The notes beneath the pieces are model-generated. The model saw only the letters and a program-made list of their open reading frames with translations. It was not told the origin of the DNA and did not search any database. Below are positions 17,998 through 28,329 of a stretch of 64,000 nucleotides of DNA, piece after piece. Where the stretch lies: contig JAHPZI010000015.1 of NCBI GenBank assembly GCA_019058295.1, positions 1 to 64,000 on the forward strand, in the 5' to 3' direction. A program made the position numbers and the translations under genes. The DNA comes from Promethearchaeota archaeon (GTDB lineage: Archaea > Asgardarchaeota > Lokiarchaeia > Sigyniarchaeales > SOKP01). Numbering within the stretch: position 1 is the first letter of the stretch; the number at the start of each line of letters is the position of its first letter.

Positions 17998-19617
17998 ATG
18001 TCAAAAACTGAGAAGAAATTTATTTTAGCAATAGATCATGGGACTGGGGGACCAAAATCAGCTATTGTGTCAACTCATGGGGAAGTACTTGAATGGGCAT
18101 TTCAAGAAGTACCTCTACATGTGTTTAAAGGTGGTGGAGTAGAGCAAAATCCAGATGATTGGTGGAACGCAATTCTAAAAACATCTAAAAAGGTTATTGA
18201 TAGTGGACATGTACCAGTTGAAGATATTGTAGGAATTTGTAATTCAAGTCAATGGAGCGGAACAGTACCAGTAGATAAGGACAGAAATCATCTAATGAAT
18301 GCAATAATATGGATGGATACACGAGGAGCTCCCTATGCAAGAAATATTCATAAAGGTTTATTGAAATTTTCTGGTTATAATATTAAAAAAGCACTATCGT
18401 GGGTAAAAAGAGCTGGAGGCGCCCCTACTTTAAGTGGTAAAGATCCTATAGCTCATATATTATGGATAAAGCATGAACAACCAGATATCTACGAAAAAAC
18501 TTTCAATTTTTTAGAACCTCAAGATTATATAAATTTAAAATTAACTGGTAAGTTTGCATCTTCATATACAACTATAGGGATTCATTGGCTGACAGATATA
18601 AGAGATATTAACAATGTTAAGTATTCAAAAAAATTACTTAAAATGGCACAGCTAGATAAGAGTAAATTACCTTCAGATTTTGTAAATTCTACAGATATTT
18701 TAGGTACAATAACAAACGAAGTAGCAAATTCATTAGGATTAGATAAAAATACAAAGGTAATTGCTGGAGCGCCGGACGTTCCGACGGCAGCAATAGGTTC
18801 TGGTGCTGTGAGAGATTATGAAACTCATATATATATCGGTACATCTGATTGGGTAATTTGTCATATTCCCTATAAAAAAATGGATATGTTCCATAACATT
18901 GGCTCTATCATTTCTGGAATCCCAGGAAGATATATGATAATCAATGAACAGGAAATAGCTGGAGGTAATTTATCTTTTTTGAGAGACAAAATCTTATACC
19001 ATAAAGATGAACTTTTAAAAGAAGAAGCTGTACCTGATGTATATAAAATTTTTGATCGAATAGTAGAATCTATTCCAGCAGGTTCAAATAATCTTATTTT
19101 TACGCCCTGGTTAATAGGTGAAAGATGTCCTGTCGATGATCATACGATAAGGGGTGGTTTATATAATATATCGTTAGAAATGTCGCGTGAACACTTAATA
19201 AGAGCAATATTTGAGGGCGTTGCGTATAATGTGAAATGGGCTTATATTTACGTCGAGAAATTAATTAAGAAATTTATTAAAAGAGAACGCCGGGAAAAGG
19301 ATATTTTTACTCCAGATGTAAATATAATTGGTGGGGGAGCACAGAGTAATGTTTGGTGTCAAATTTTTGCTGATGTTCTTAATAGAAAAATTAAACAAGT
19401 AAAAGATCCTATTCAAGCAAACGCTCGCGGTGCAGCATTTATCGCTTCAGTTGGACTCGGATACATAAATTGGGATGATATTCCAAAATATACTCAAATT
19501 TCAAATATATATACACCAAATCCTGAAAATCGAGAGATTTATGATAAACTCTTTATAGAGTACCTAAATATTTATAAAACTATGAGAAAAACTTATAAAC
19601 GCTTAAATAAAGATTGA
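17998..19617 (+). CDS. FGGY-family carbohydrate kinase (xylulokinase-like)
   Basis: AIDHGTGGPK, VEQNPDDWW, IIWMDTR, GTS, GERCP, RAIFEG, IGGGAQS..W.QI.AD. Confidence 0.9.
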   Translation: MSKTEKKFILAIDHGTGGPKSAIVSTHGEVLEWAFQEVPLHVFKGGGVEQNPDDWWNAILKTSKKVIDSGHVPVEDIVGICNSSQWSGTVPVDKDRNHLMNAIIWMDTRGAPYARNIHKGLLKFSGYNIKKALSWVKRAGGAPTLSGKDPIAHILWIKHEQPDIYEKTFNFLEPQDYINLKLTGKFASSYTTIGIHWLTDIRDINNVKYSKKLLKMAQLDKSKLPSDFVNSTDILGTITNEVANSLGLDKNTKVIAGAPDVPTAAIGSGAVRDYETHIYIGTSDWVICHIPYKKMDMFHNIGSIISGIPGRYMIINEQEIAGGNLSFLRDKILYHKDELLKEEAVPDVYKIFDRIVESIPAGSNNLIFTPWLIGERCPVDDHTIRGGLYNISLEMSREHLIRAIFEGVAYNVKWAYIYVEKLIKKFIKRERREKDIFTPDVNIIGGGAQSNVWCQIFADVLNRKIKQVKDPIQANARGAAFIASVGLGYINWDDIPKYTQISNIYTPNPENREIYDKLFIEYLNIYKTMRKTYKRLNKD

Positions 19618-19637
19618 AATAATTAAAAAAAATAAAA

Positions 19638-20501
19638 GTGAAGAAAATGACGAAACAAGAATTAATTGAAGAACAACCCTTTAAGGGAAAAATAGCCATT
19701 ATTCCTGGTGGTTCTAAAGGTATGGGGAAGGCTACAGCCAGAGATTTTGTCCAGTTGGGGGGTAGTGTATGTATTATAGCAAGGGGCATGGAAGCCTTAA
19801 AAGAAACTGAGGAAGAATGCAATAAATTAAAATCTGATGATTCTCAATTTGTTGAAATTATTTCTTGCGATACTACAGACATGGAAAAGTTAAAGCCACT
19901 TTTAACAGATTTTATAGATAAACACGGAATACCAGATTATTTATTAAATTTTGTTGGCTATGCTATTGTCCAATATCTTGAAAAATTAACCCTTATAGAT
20001 TTTAAACAAAATATGGATGTGGATTATTATGGCCAGTTAGTCCCTACACTAATAGTTATGCCTTATTTCATGGAAGCTAAAAAAGGATACATTACTTTTA
20101 CATCTTCAGTAATGGGATTTATGGCATTAATGGGTTATTCAACATATTGCCCCTCAAAATTTGCTGTTTTTGGTTTAGCAGAAGCTCTACGTCATGAATT
20201 ATTACCTTATAATATCAAGGTTTCAATACTTTTTCCAACAGATACCGATACACCCGGATATGCTGAGGAAAATAAAACTAAACCAGAAGAATGTAAAATA
20301 ATGTCTGCAGTAGGTACAGTTATGACAGCGGAACAAGTTGCTGAAGAATTCATCGATGGCCTTTTAAATGAGCGTTTTGAAATTCTACCAGGTGAAGCTG
20401 CTGTCCAAATGAAAGAGATGAGAGAAAATCCAGATCAGATTCGGGGGGTTCTTGATAGTCTTTATAAACGCGCTAGGCGTAAAATAAAAAGAAAAATTTA
20501 A
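19638..20501 (+). CDS. SDR, 3-ketodihydrosphingosine reductase (KDSR/Tsc10)-like
   Basis: GGSKGMG, TSS, YCPSK and the KDSR-type FPTDTDTPGYAEENKTKP motif. Confidence 0.82.
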   Translation: MKKMTKQELIEEQPFKGKIAIIPGGSKGMGKATARDFVQLGGSVCIIARGMEALKETEEECNKLKSDDSQFVEIISCDTTDMEKLKPLLTDFIDKHGIPDYLLNFVGYAIVQYLEKLTLIDFKQNMDVDYYGQLVPTLIVMPYFMEAKKGYITFTSSVMGFMALMGYSTYCPSKFAVFGLAEALRHELLPYNIKVSILFPTDTDTPGYAEENKTKPEECKIMSAVGTVMTAEQVAEEFIDGLLNERFEILPGEAAVQMKEMRENPDQIRGVLDSLYKRARRKIKRKI

Positions 20502-20534
20502 TTTTTTTATTTTTTTATTTTTTTATGAGAAGTC

Positions 20535-21002
20535 TTATTTTTTCCTTCTCCTCTTTACTGTTTGCTGAGCTTCAAGTAATATTCCAAAAGTCTTTTCTGT
20601 ATCAAAATATGCAAACCATTGTTTACCAACTTTACCAGTCTGTACTACTTCGATACCTCTTTTCTTAAATTCATCCATAAAAGCTTGTAAATCTTCAACA
20701 TATATGCCTATGCTATGAAGGCCTTCTTTTCCTTCCTCAATAAATTCCTTATAAAGACAATCACCACTTATCCATTGCTGTAGCTCAATTTGTACGTTAA
20801 GCAAGCGACTAAACGCAAAATCCAATATTACTGATACGTCCTTGCCTCGAAATGTAGCGTCTTGATGAGGGATGTTTTCCATATGCGCGAAGGTAGGGAT
20901 CCCGTATATTTCTTCCATAATTTTCGCTTGTTTTTTAATGTCCTTATACACATAACTTAATTGTTCTATTTTTAAATTCCCTAAATTAAAAATTTGCTCC
21001 AT
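20535..21002 (-). CDS. VOC-family protein (methylmalonyl-CoA epimerase/glyoxalase-like)
   Basis: QLSYVYKD, QIELQQ..Y.EF....EGLHSIG, AYFDT..GILLE. Confidence 0.8.
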   Translation of the reverse strand: MEQIFNLGNLKIEQLSYVYKDIKKQAKIMEEIYGIPTFAHMENIPHQDATFRGKDVSVILDFAFSRLLNVQIELQQWISGDCLYKEFIEEGKEGLHSIGIYVEDLQAFMDEFKKRGIEVVQTGKVGKQWFAYFDTEKTFGILLEAQQTVKRRRKK

Positions 21003-21174
21003 TTTTAATCATTTAAACAAGTTAATTAATTGATTCAATTTATTATTCTTTTATTTATATAACTTTTTAAAAATATTCATATTCTCAAAAAATTGAACAA
21101 AATATTAAAAAAAGATATATATCAATAAATAAAAAACAAAATAGAAAAAATAAAAATAAGATTTTTTTATAGTT

Positions 21175-23022
21175 TTAGCCTTTAATTTTTTTACCCTTTT
21201 CCATTTTATCCATATCTTTCTCTTGCAAGACCCTACGTTGCACCTTACCTACGAGATTTATAGGTAACCTTTTCACAAACTCAATATAGCTAGGACTTTT
21301 CCATTTTGCCATGTTTTCTTGGCACCATTTCTTCAAAGTTTCAGCATCAATATCTTTATCAGCCTTGTACTCTTTTTTAAGAGTAACCCATGCTTTAACC
21401 GCTTCTCCAGTCATTTCATCTGGTAAACCCGCCACAGCGGCCTCATCGATCATCTCATGGTTTCCCATGAGCTCTTCAACTTCTTTTGGAAAGACAGAAT
21501 GACCAGATACTTTTATCAGAGATTTTTTCCTATCTCTAATTTCACAATATCCTTGTTCATCCATAAATCCGATGTCTCCTGTCAATAACCATCTTTGTCC
21601 CCCCCATTCTTTAATATTGTCTTCAGTTCCACCTATGTACCCTTTCATAACTTGTGGCCCAGCAATACAAATTTCACCTGTATGTTCCACTCCAAAATTA
21701 CCTTTTTCAGGAGTACCATCGCAAATTGGTCCTGCTTCGAAATTTGCAGGATCAAATATAGCCCAATCTGTGCCAGGTAGCGGTAGCCCTAACTTTCCTA
21801 TCTTATATGGGCCCCAAAAAGGCGCGATACTTACAACTGGGGAAGTTTCAGTTAGTCCATATCCAGATCTTATTGGACAAAAGATTTCTTCAAATGGAAT
21901 TCTTACATAGTCATGAAGTGGTCCTGCTCCTTGATTAGCATATTTTAATTTTTGCCAAAAGTCGTATTTTCTCTTAAATTCTTCAACACCCATCTTTTCG
22001 ACAAAATCAGTTAATCTTTTAAACAACATTTCAACCCCGACATAAATAATTCCTTTTGGAGCATCTATTTGATTAACTGTGCTACATAAATCTTCGTCTG
22101 AAGGAGGTCTAGGAAATAATAGCATTGGCATACCCAACGATAATCCACCATTCATTACGCAAGTCAATCCAAAACTATGGAAAAATGGGATACTTCCAAT
22201 TGAAATAATTCCGGGTTCTAGATTTACCCAAGGTTTTATCATATGCAAATCGGAAATTAAATTTGCATGAGTTAGAACAGCTGCTTTTGGTAGTCCTGTG
22301 GTACCTCCTGTCATTAAATAGCATGCCGGATCGTTCCATGGATCAATGTCTACTTTTATTTCTTTTGCTTCTGTTTCTTGAATTACTTTTTTCATTCTGT
22401 ATAATTTGAACTTATGATCCTCAGTTAATACTACATCACCCGATTGATCTGGAACTGCTTCTCTTAATCTGGCAAATGTTTCTGGTTCGGCTGTGACAAA
22501 ATCTAAAACATCAGTTGCAATTACATGTTCCACCTTAGTCCTCCCTAAAACCTTTTGGATTGATCTCCAAAACATATCCAACATTATAAAAACTTTAGCT
22601 TCCGTAATAGTTAACTCATGTAATAATTCCATAGGTCTGTAAGTTGGATTAACTCCAGCAGCTATCGCTCCTATATACATACAACCCATATAAGCAATAA
22701 CAAAATTAACAGAGTTAGGTAGGTCAATAGCAACTACATCCCCTTTTCTTATCCCGATGTCGTATAGAAAAGTTCCAAACTTTTTCGCATAATCCATTAA
22801 GGTTCTCATTGTAGTTCTCTCTAAATATGGACCAAGTGCAAAGATGCATATGTCTTTATCCCATAAATCTAATGAGTTTGATTGTCTCAGAAGTCCTTCG
22901 TGTAAAGATTCAATATGTACATCTTCAATTTCATATACTTGTTTTGGCACACCTTCAGGCCAATGTCCCCCAGTAAACCAAACTTTATTTTCATCTACAT
23001 GAAAATCTCTCAAACTAGTCAT
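21175..23022 (-). CDS. Long-chain fatty acid-CoA ligase (AMP-forming)
   Basis: MTGGTTGLPK, GYGLTE, GPQVMKGY, TGDIG, DRKK, GKV. Confidence 0.9.
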   Translation of the reverse strand: MTSLRDFHVDENKVWFTGGHWPEGVPKQVYEIEDVHIESLHEGLLRQSNSLDLWDKDICIFALGPYLERTTMRTLMDYAKKFGTFLYDIGIRKGDVVAIDLPNSVNFVIAYMGCMYIGAIAAGVNPTYRPMELLHELTITEAKVFIMLDMFWRSIQKVLGRTKVEHVIATDVLDFVTAEPETFARLREAVPDQSGDVVLTEDHKFKLYRMKKVIQETEAKEIKVDIDPWNDPACYLMTGGTTGLPKAAVLTHANLISDLHMIKPWVNLEPGIISIGSIPFFHSFGLTCVMNGGLSLGMPMLLFPRPPSDEDLCSTVNQIDAPKGIIYVGVEMLFKRLTDFVEKMGVEEFKRKYDFWQKLKYANQGAGPLHDYVRIPFEEIFCPIRSGYGLTETSPVVSIAPFWGPYKIGKLGLPLPGTDWAIFDPANFEAGPICDGTPEKGNFGVEHTGEICIAGPQVMKGYIGGTEDNIKEWGGQRWLLTGDIGFMDEQGYCEIRDRKKSLIKVSGHSVFPKEVEELMGNHEMIDEAAVAGLPDEMTGEAVKAWVTLKKEYKADKDIDAETLKKWCQENMAKWKSPSYIEFVKRLPINLVGKVQRRVLQEKDMDKMEKGKKIKG

Positions 23023-23195
23023 AATTTTTTCACTTTTTTATCTTATTAATTTTTTTTTATAAATTTTTCTATATTATGTATTTTTATGGTTCTTATATAA
23101 TAAATTATTTACTTGATCACTTTAAAAATTTTAAAGAGCCTTCATTAGGTATTAATTTTAATAGAGTAAATAAATCGAGGTTAAATTAATTTAAA

Positions 23196-24053
23196 ATGGG
23201 CTTTAAAGATAACCTTAAGGAAAAATTACATAACAGTTTAACTCAAGATGAACTTCTATTACTTCCGAGAGGTTTTCAGACATTAGGAAAGGTTATGATT
23301 TTAAAGTTACAGCCAAAATTATTAGAAAAAAGAAAAATAATCGCAGATACATGTTTAGAGATACTTCCAAAGATTAAATCGGTTTATCTTAATTTGGGAA
23401 AAGTTAAGGGAAAGTTTAGGCAACCTGAAAAAATTGAATATTTGGCGGGAGAAAATAATCCAATAGTAGAACATACGGAACATGGTATTCGTTATATCTT
23501 TGATATTACAAAAATTATGTTTAGCAAAGGAAATCTAAATGAGCGAAAGTATTTAGCAACATTAGTTAAAGATGGAGAAATTATTGTAGATATGTTTGCT
23601 GGAATTGGATATTTTTCCTTACCGATAGCAAAACACTCCTCTGTGGAAAAAATATATAGCATCGAACTTAACCCAGATGCGTATGAATTCTTAGTTAAAA
23701 ACATTAAACTTAATCATTTTGAGGAAAAAATAGTTCCGATACATGGAGATTGCAGAAATGAGGTTGTAAGACTTAGCGAAACAGGATTAAGAACCGATCG
23801 TGTAATAATGGGTGTATTTCCTGCCCCAAAAGACTATATAAAAGAAGCACTTTTATTAGTAAAGGATTCTGGAACCATCTTTCATTATGAGGGTGTTGTC
23901 GAAAAGGAAAACTATAGGCAATTATTTGATGAATTTAATGAGATCGCTGAACGTCAGAATCATCAATGTAAATTATTATCGAAAAGATTTGTTAAAAGTT
24001 ATGGTCCTAACCTCTATCACGTGACATTAGATATAAAAGTTAAAAAATCATAA
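23196..24053 (+). CDS. Trm5/Taw2 (Met10-like) tRNA position-37 SAM-dependent transferase
   Basis: H.EHG..Y.FD..KIMFS.GN..ER, DMFAGIGYFSL, ELNP, DRVIMG, VKSY.P. Confidence 0.85.
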   Translation: MGFKDNLKEKLHNSLTQDELLLLPRGFQTLGKVMILKLQPKLLEKRKIIADTCLEILPKIKSVYLNLGKVKGKFRQPEKIEYLAGENNPIVEHTEHGIRYIFDITKIMFSKGNLNERKYLATLVKDGEIIVDMFAGIGYFSLPIAKHSSVEKIYSIELNPDAYEFLVKNIKLNHFEEKIVPIHGDCRNEVVRLSETGLRTDRVIMGVFPAPKDYIKEALLLVKDSGTIFHYEGVVEKENYRQLFDEFNEIAERQNHQCKLLSKRFVKSYGPNLYHVTLDIKVKKS

Positions 24054-24161
24054 CTAAAAGAAATTCTTAAATTATTGAAAATAATTGATATTATAAAAAG
24101 ATCAAAATAAAAAAATATTTTAAATCAGAATATAATAAAATTAACAAAAATAAATGTTAAA

Positions 24162-25451
24162 ATGCAGAAAAAAGGAACAATAGCTCTTGATTACAGCCAT
24201 AACAATAAATTAATAGTAGAAGATTCAAGTTTTCAAGATTTCACTAACTTTTTATTCACTTCGGGTTATAAGCTTGGGAAAATCCAAGCGGGATTTGATT
24301 CTTTAAAAAAATTAGAACAATATGATTGCATTATACTATCATCTCCTAATAATTCTAAGTTATCAGAGAAAGAAATCGAAGTATTGGAAAAATATGTACG
24401 TCAGGGGGGAAACATTTTAATGTTGAGCTCAATGGGAGGGGATCAAACAAATAGAACAAATTTAAATGAGCTTACAAATTATTTTAGATTTTATTTCGTT
24501 TCTGATACTGTTGAAGATAGCATGAATTATGTTAACCTTCAAAGGAGACCTCTAATAACCAACATTACACCTCACATTATAACTGATCAAGTAAAAAAAA
24601 TAGTATTTTCTTCTGCCTGTTCGGTTAAAGCAATGGAGTTTCTTGAAGATAATGAAGATATTAAAGTTGAGATCGTCGCAAATGGCGGATTAAATACATG
24701 GCATAGGGTTTATGATGGAAAAGATTGGATTGAAGAAGATAGCCCAAAAATTCCATTATTGGTAGTAGTTGAATATTATGAGGGAAAAGTTGTTGCTATT
24801 GGAAATTTGAGCATGTTCTCTTCATTAGGAAGTGAATATGGGTTTTCGGCTTTTGATAACAATTTATTAATTGCCAATATCTTGAAATTCTTAACGTCAG
24901 ACGTGATTTCAGAAGGAAAGCTCATTACTATAAATTTAAACTTGGATTTATTTCACTGGACAAACAAAGTTCTTAAAGATCAAGATTGGGAAGATGTTTC
25001 AGATGTGATTAATCTAGCTGTAAAATACTTTAAAGATAATTATTCTGATGCAATTAAAGAAATAAAAAGGATAAGGGAAGAAAAATTAGCAAAGAAAATC
25101 GCATATGAAAAGTCTAAAACAAAGATAGAAGAAGAGACTTCCGAAGAGAAAATTTTAGAAATGATTCCTGTTAGAAAAAGAGAAGATCTTGAAGATATTA
25201 TTGGTGCATTGGAAGAAGTAACTGGAGAAAAATATGAAATGACAATAGATTTAGATGAAGTGGAGGAGAAAGCTGTAGAAGAAAAATTTATAGAAGTAGG
25301 TGGTATAAAATACACTATTGAAGAGACTAAATTATTTAAAAGGGAAACCAGCAAGAATGCCATCTGGCATGGTAAACCAACCAAGGGTTTTAAAGAGTGG
25401 CTCGAAGAGAAGAGAAAAAGAGAAAAAATATCTGCTAAGATAAAAAAGTAA
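24162..25451 (+). CDS. GIFT (GldG/IFT52-like) domain protein with RHH-like segment and charged tail
   Basis: ALDYSHN, YDCIILSSP..LSEKEIEVLEKYVRQGG, NLNEL, GKVVAIG..MFS, DNNLLIANI. Confidence 0.65.
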   Translation: MQKKGTIALDYSHNNKLIVEDSSFQDFTNFLFTSGYKLGKIQAGFDSLKKLEQYDCIILSSPNNSKLSEKEIEVLEKYVRQGGNILMLSSMGGDQTNRTNLNELTNYFRFYFVSDTVEDSMNYVNLQRRPLITNITPHIITDQVKKIVFSSACSVKAMEFLEDNEDIKVEIVANGGLNTWHRVYDGKDWIEEDSPKIPLLVVVEYYEGKVVAIGNLSMFSSLGSEYGFSAFDNNLLIANILKFLTSDVISEGKLITINLNLDLFHWTNKVLKDQDWEDVSDVINLAVKYFKDNYSDAIKEIKRIREEKLAKKIAYEKSKTKIEEETSEEKILEMIPVRKREDLEDIIGALEEVTGEKYEMTIDLDEVEEKAVEEKFIEVGGIKYTIEETKLFKRETSKNAIWHGKPTKGFKEWLEEKRKREKISAKIKK

Positions 25452-25455
25452 AAAT

Positions 25456-26871
25456 GTGATTATGGACAATTTTTTGTTTGTTCTAGGAAGAAACTTTAGG
25501 CTTTCACTAGCAGAACTTGATAATATTCTTAAAAATTCTCAATTTAAAGGTCGAATTATAGATTATTCAGCTAATATAGCTGTCGTAGAATTTATTAGTC
25601 TACACAATGATAAATATTATATTAATAAATTAATGGAACTTCAATTTTTATTAGGGGGCTGCCAAAAGATAGCAAAAATTTACGATTTCATTAATATTAG
25701 AGATATACATAATGCCTTTCCGTTAAAAATTGATAAATATAAATTAGTAGAGAAAGCTAGAAAAAAGATCTTACATATTTTAGGAAAAGTTCTCGAACAA
25801 ATATTCCCTAAATTGAAAAGTCAGAGCATATTTTTTGCCGTATCAATTTATCCCAATCTATTTGAAGATGAATACTACTCGAGAGTCTTAGTGAAGCATT
25901 TTCTTCCCTTTCTAAATAAGGAAATTATGAACATATTAAAGGAAAAAGAAGTGAAAAAATCGCTATATTACGAATATCCTGAAGAAAATATAAAATCTGG
26001 TAATCTCAATCCTATTTTTCCACATCATCTTATAAAATATGGATTATTCAATGAAGATAGAGCTGAAATTATATTCGGTTTCACAGAAGAAGGGGTTTAC
26101 ATCGCAAGAACTTTTACAGCGGACGATCCAAACTTCAAAAAGAAAATTGACGAGGAGAGACCTTTTAAGGAGTTTAAAAGTAGTATTTCCCCAAAATTAG
26201 CGTTAATGATGTTTAATTTTTTAAATTTATTTCAGGAAAGAGAGACGAAAAAAATCTTGGATCCATTTGTTGGGAATGGAACAATATTATTGTTTGCCTT
26301 ATTACAAGATTTTCAAATATACGGAGCAGATTTCGATCAAGCAAAGATAAATAATACGATTCGAAATATTATTTGGTTATTGGAGGAAATAGAAGAGCCA
26401 ATTCCTCCTAGAAGCCTACTTGAGGAGAGAATTCAGAATATTGACATTGGAGACTTATCAAAGCATTTTCAACCAAATTTCTTTGATGGAGTTGTTACTG
26501 AACCTTCTTTAGGCCCGTTTTACAAGAATAAACCCTATTATATACAAGCAAAAGATATCATAGATACCGAATTAGAACCTTTATATGTTCTAATTTTTAG
26601 AGAAATATATAAAGTATTGAAGCCAAAAGGAAGGATTTGCATAACGGCACCGATTATTGAAACTATTGACGGTGGAGATATACAATTAAATGTTAATAAA
26701 ATCGCAATAAATAATAAATTCCAGCCAATTAATATGATAGATTCAAAAAGAATTATTAATAAATCAAATATTAAACTTCAATTTCAAAAACAGGATTTAA
26801 AAAACCTAATTGATGCAAAGAAAGACCAGATTCTAAAAAGAAAAATTTATGTTTATGAAAAGCAAGATTAA
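25456..26871 (+). CDS. Trm11-like THUMP RNA methyltransferase
   Basis: FVLGRN..LS.AEL, LGG..KI, D.ERP, SISPKLA, LDPFVGNGT, VTEP. Confidence 0.75.
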   Translation: MIMDNFLFVLGRNFRLSLAELDNILKNSQFKGRIIDYSANIAVVEFISLHNDKYYINKLMELQFLLGGCQKIAKIYDFINIRDIHNAFPLKIDKYKLVEKARKKILHILGKVLEQIFPKLKSQSIFFAVSIYPNLFEDEYYSRVLVKHFLPFLNKEIMNILKEKEVKKSLYYEYPEENIKSGNLNPIFPHHLIKYGLFNEDRAEIIFGFTEEGVYIARTFTADDPNFKKKIDEERPFKEFKSSISPKLALMMFNFLNLFQERETKKILDPFVGNGTILLFALLQDFQIYGADFDQAKINNTIRNIIWLLEEIEEPIPPRSLLEERIQNIDIGDLSKHFQPNFFDGVVTEPSLGPFYKNKPYYIQAKDIIDTELEPLYVLIFREIYKVLKPKGRICITAPIIETIDGGDIQLNVNKIAINNKFQPINMIDSKRIINKSNIKLQFQKQDLKNLIDAKKDQILKRKIYVYEKQD

Positions 26872-26880
26872 TGAGTATTT

Positions 26881-27546
26881 ATGAAGTATGAAGAGGTTCT
26901 AGATAAAATTGAGAGCGTACTCCAAGGAGAAGCTCATTTAGACGAATTAGCTAAAAGAAAACGAGACCCATTTAAGATTTTAATTTCTACAATATTATCT
27001 GCTCGAACTAGGGATACTAACACAAGAGCAGCAACAGAAAAGTTATTTGCTAAATATAATAAACCCCAACTTATCGCAGAAGCAGATTTGGAAGATCTAG
27101 AAGAACTCATAAGATCTACAGGATTTTATAAAGTAAAAGCTGCCCGAATAAAAGATGTATCCAAAATAATTCATGAAAAATATAATGGTAAAGTTCCTGA
27201 AAATTTTGAAGAGTTAATAAATCTACCTGGAGTAGGTGCTAAAACAGCTAATTGTGTCTTGATATATGCTTTTGATATTGATACCATAGCTGTTGATACT
27301 CACGTGCATAGAATCTCTAATAGATTGAAATGGGTAGATACCAAGAAACCTGAAGAAACTGAGGAAGCATTAAAAAATTTAATCCCTAAAAAAGAATGGA
27401 AAAGAATAAATAGACTATTTGTTAAGTTTGGACAGGAAATCTGTATGCCTATTAATCCAAAACATAATATTTGCCCGATAGAGAATATTTGCCCTAAAGA
27501 TTTTTCAATGGAAGAAGAAAGAAGAAGAAAGAAAAAGAAAAAATAA
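26881..27546 (+). CDS. nth: Endonuclease III
   Basis: LISTILSART.D, LPGVGAKTA (HhH-K), VDTHVHR, C-terminal FeS motif. Confidence 0.93.
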   Translation: MKYEEVLDKIESVLQGEAHLDELAKRKRDPFKILISTILSARTRDTNTRAATEKLFAKYNKPQLIAEADLEDLEELIRSTGFYKVKAARIKDVSKIIHEKYNGKVPENFEELINLPGVGAKTANCVLIYAFDIDTIAVDTHVHRISNRLKWVDTKKPEETEEALKNLIPKKEWKRINRLFVKFGQEICMPINPKHNICPIENICPKDFSMEEERRRKKKKK

Positions 27547-27551
27547 CTCTA

Positions 27552-28130
27552 TTAATAATACTCTTCATACCTTTTTTTTCGTTTGAAGATATAACCAAAT
27601 AAAACTCCACCGGCTAATCCAAAAATATGAGCCCAATAATTTATTCCCGGTTGGAAAGACATAATTATGAAATAAGCAATATATATTAAACTAAGCCCTA
27701 TAAGAGATGGTTCTTCTCTCATAAAAAATATAAACGCAGCACCAATCAAGCCAAATATAGCACCCGAAGCGCCTAAACTTATAACATAGAGCGGTAATAA
27801 TACTAATGAGAAGAGATTTCCAATTAATCCTGAAATAAAATAGATTATTAAATACTGATATCGAGGAAAATTGTTTTCGATGGCAGCCCCAAATATTAAT
27901 AACGCAACCATATTAGAAAACAAGTGTAATCCATCAGCATGAAGGAACATGGATGTTACAAGTCGCCATAGTTCTAAATCTTCGATAACTTTCGAATTTA
28001 TTTGAGCTAAAGAAAGTAGATATTCTACATCTAAAATTAAATTAAAAACAATAAAACAGATGGTATTAACTGAAATTAACAAAAGTGTCACTTTTGCTTC
28101 TTTAAAGCCTTCAGCATCTAAAACCATCAA
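27552..28130 (-). CDS. Rhomboid intramembrane serine protease
   Basis: WRLVTSMFLH..HL.SN, GASG (Ser), AHIFG (His). Confidence 0.93.
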   Translation of the reverse strand: MMVLDAEGFKEAKVTLLLISVNTICFIVFNLILDVEYLLSLAQINSKVIEDLELWRLVTSMFLHADGLHLFSNMVALLIFGAAIENNFPRYQYLIIYFISGLIGNLFSLVLLPLYVISLGASGAIFGLIGAAFIFFMREEPSLIGLSLIYIAYFIIMSFQPGINYWAHIFGLAGGVLFGYIFKRKKRYEEYY

Positions 28131-28329
28131 GATAATTAAGAAAAAGCTAAAAAAATTAATAATATTACTATAATTAATTATGGAAAGATATAATAGTGAT
28201 TTTTATCTTTATTTTTTTAAAGTATTAGAGGTTTTTTTAAAGATTTCTTAATTGAATTGATTAATAATATAGAGCTAAAATTCGAATATAACAAATTATA
28301 AGTGATTTCCGCTGAGTAAAGGTAGAAAA

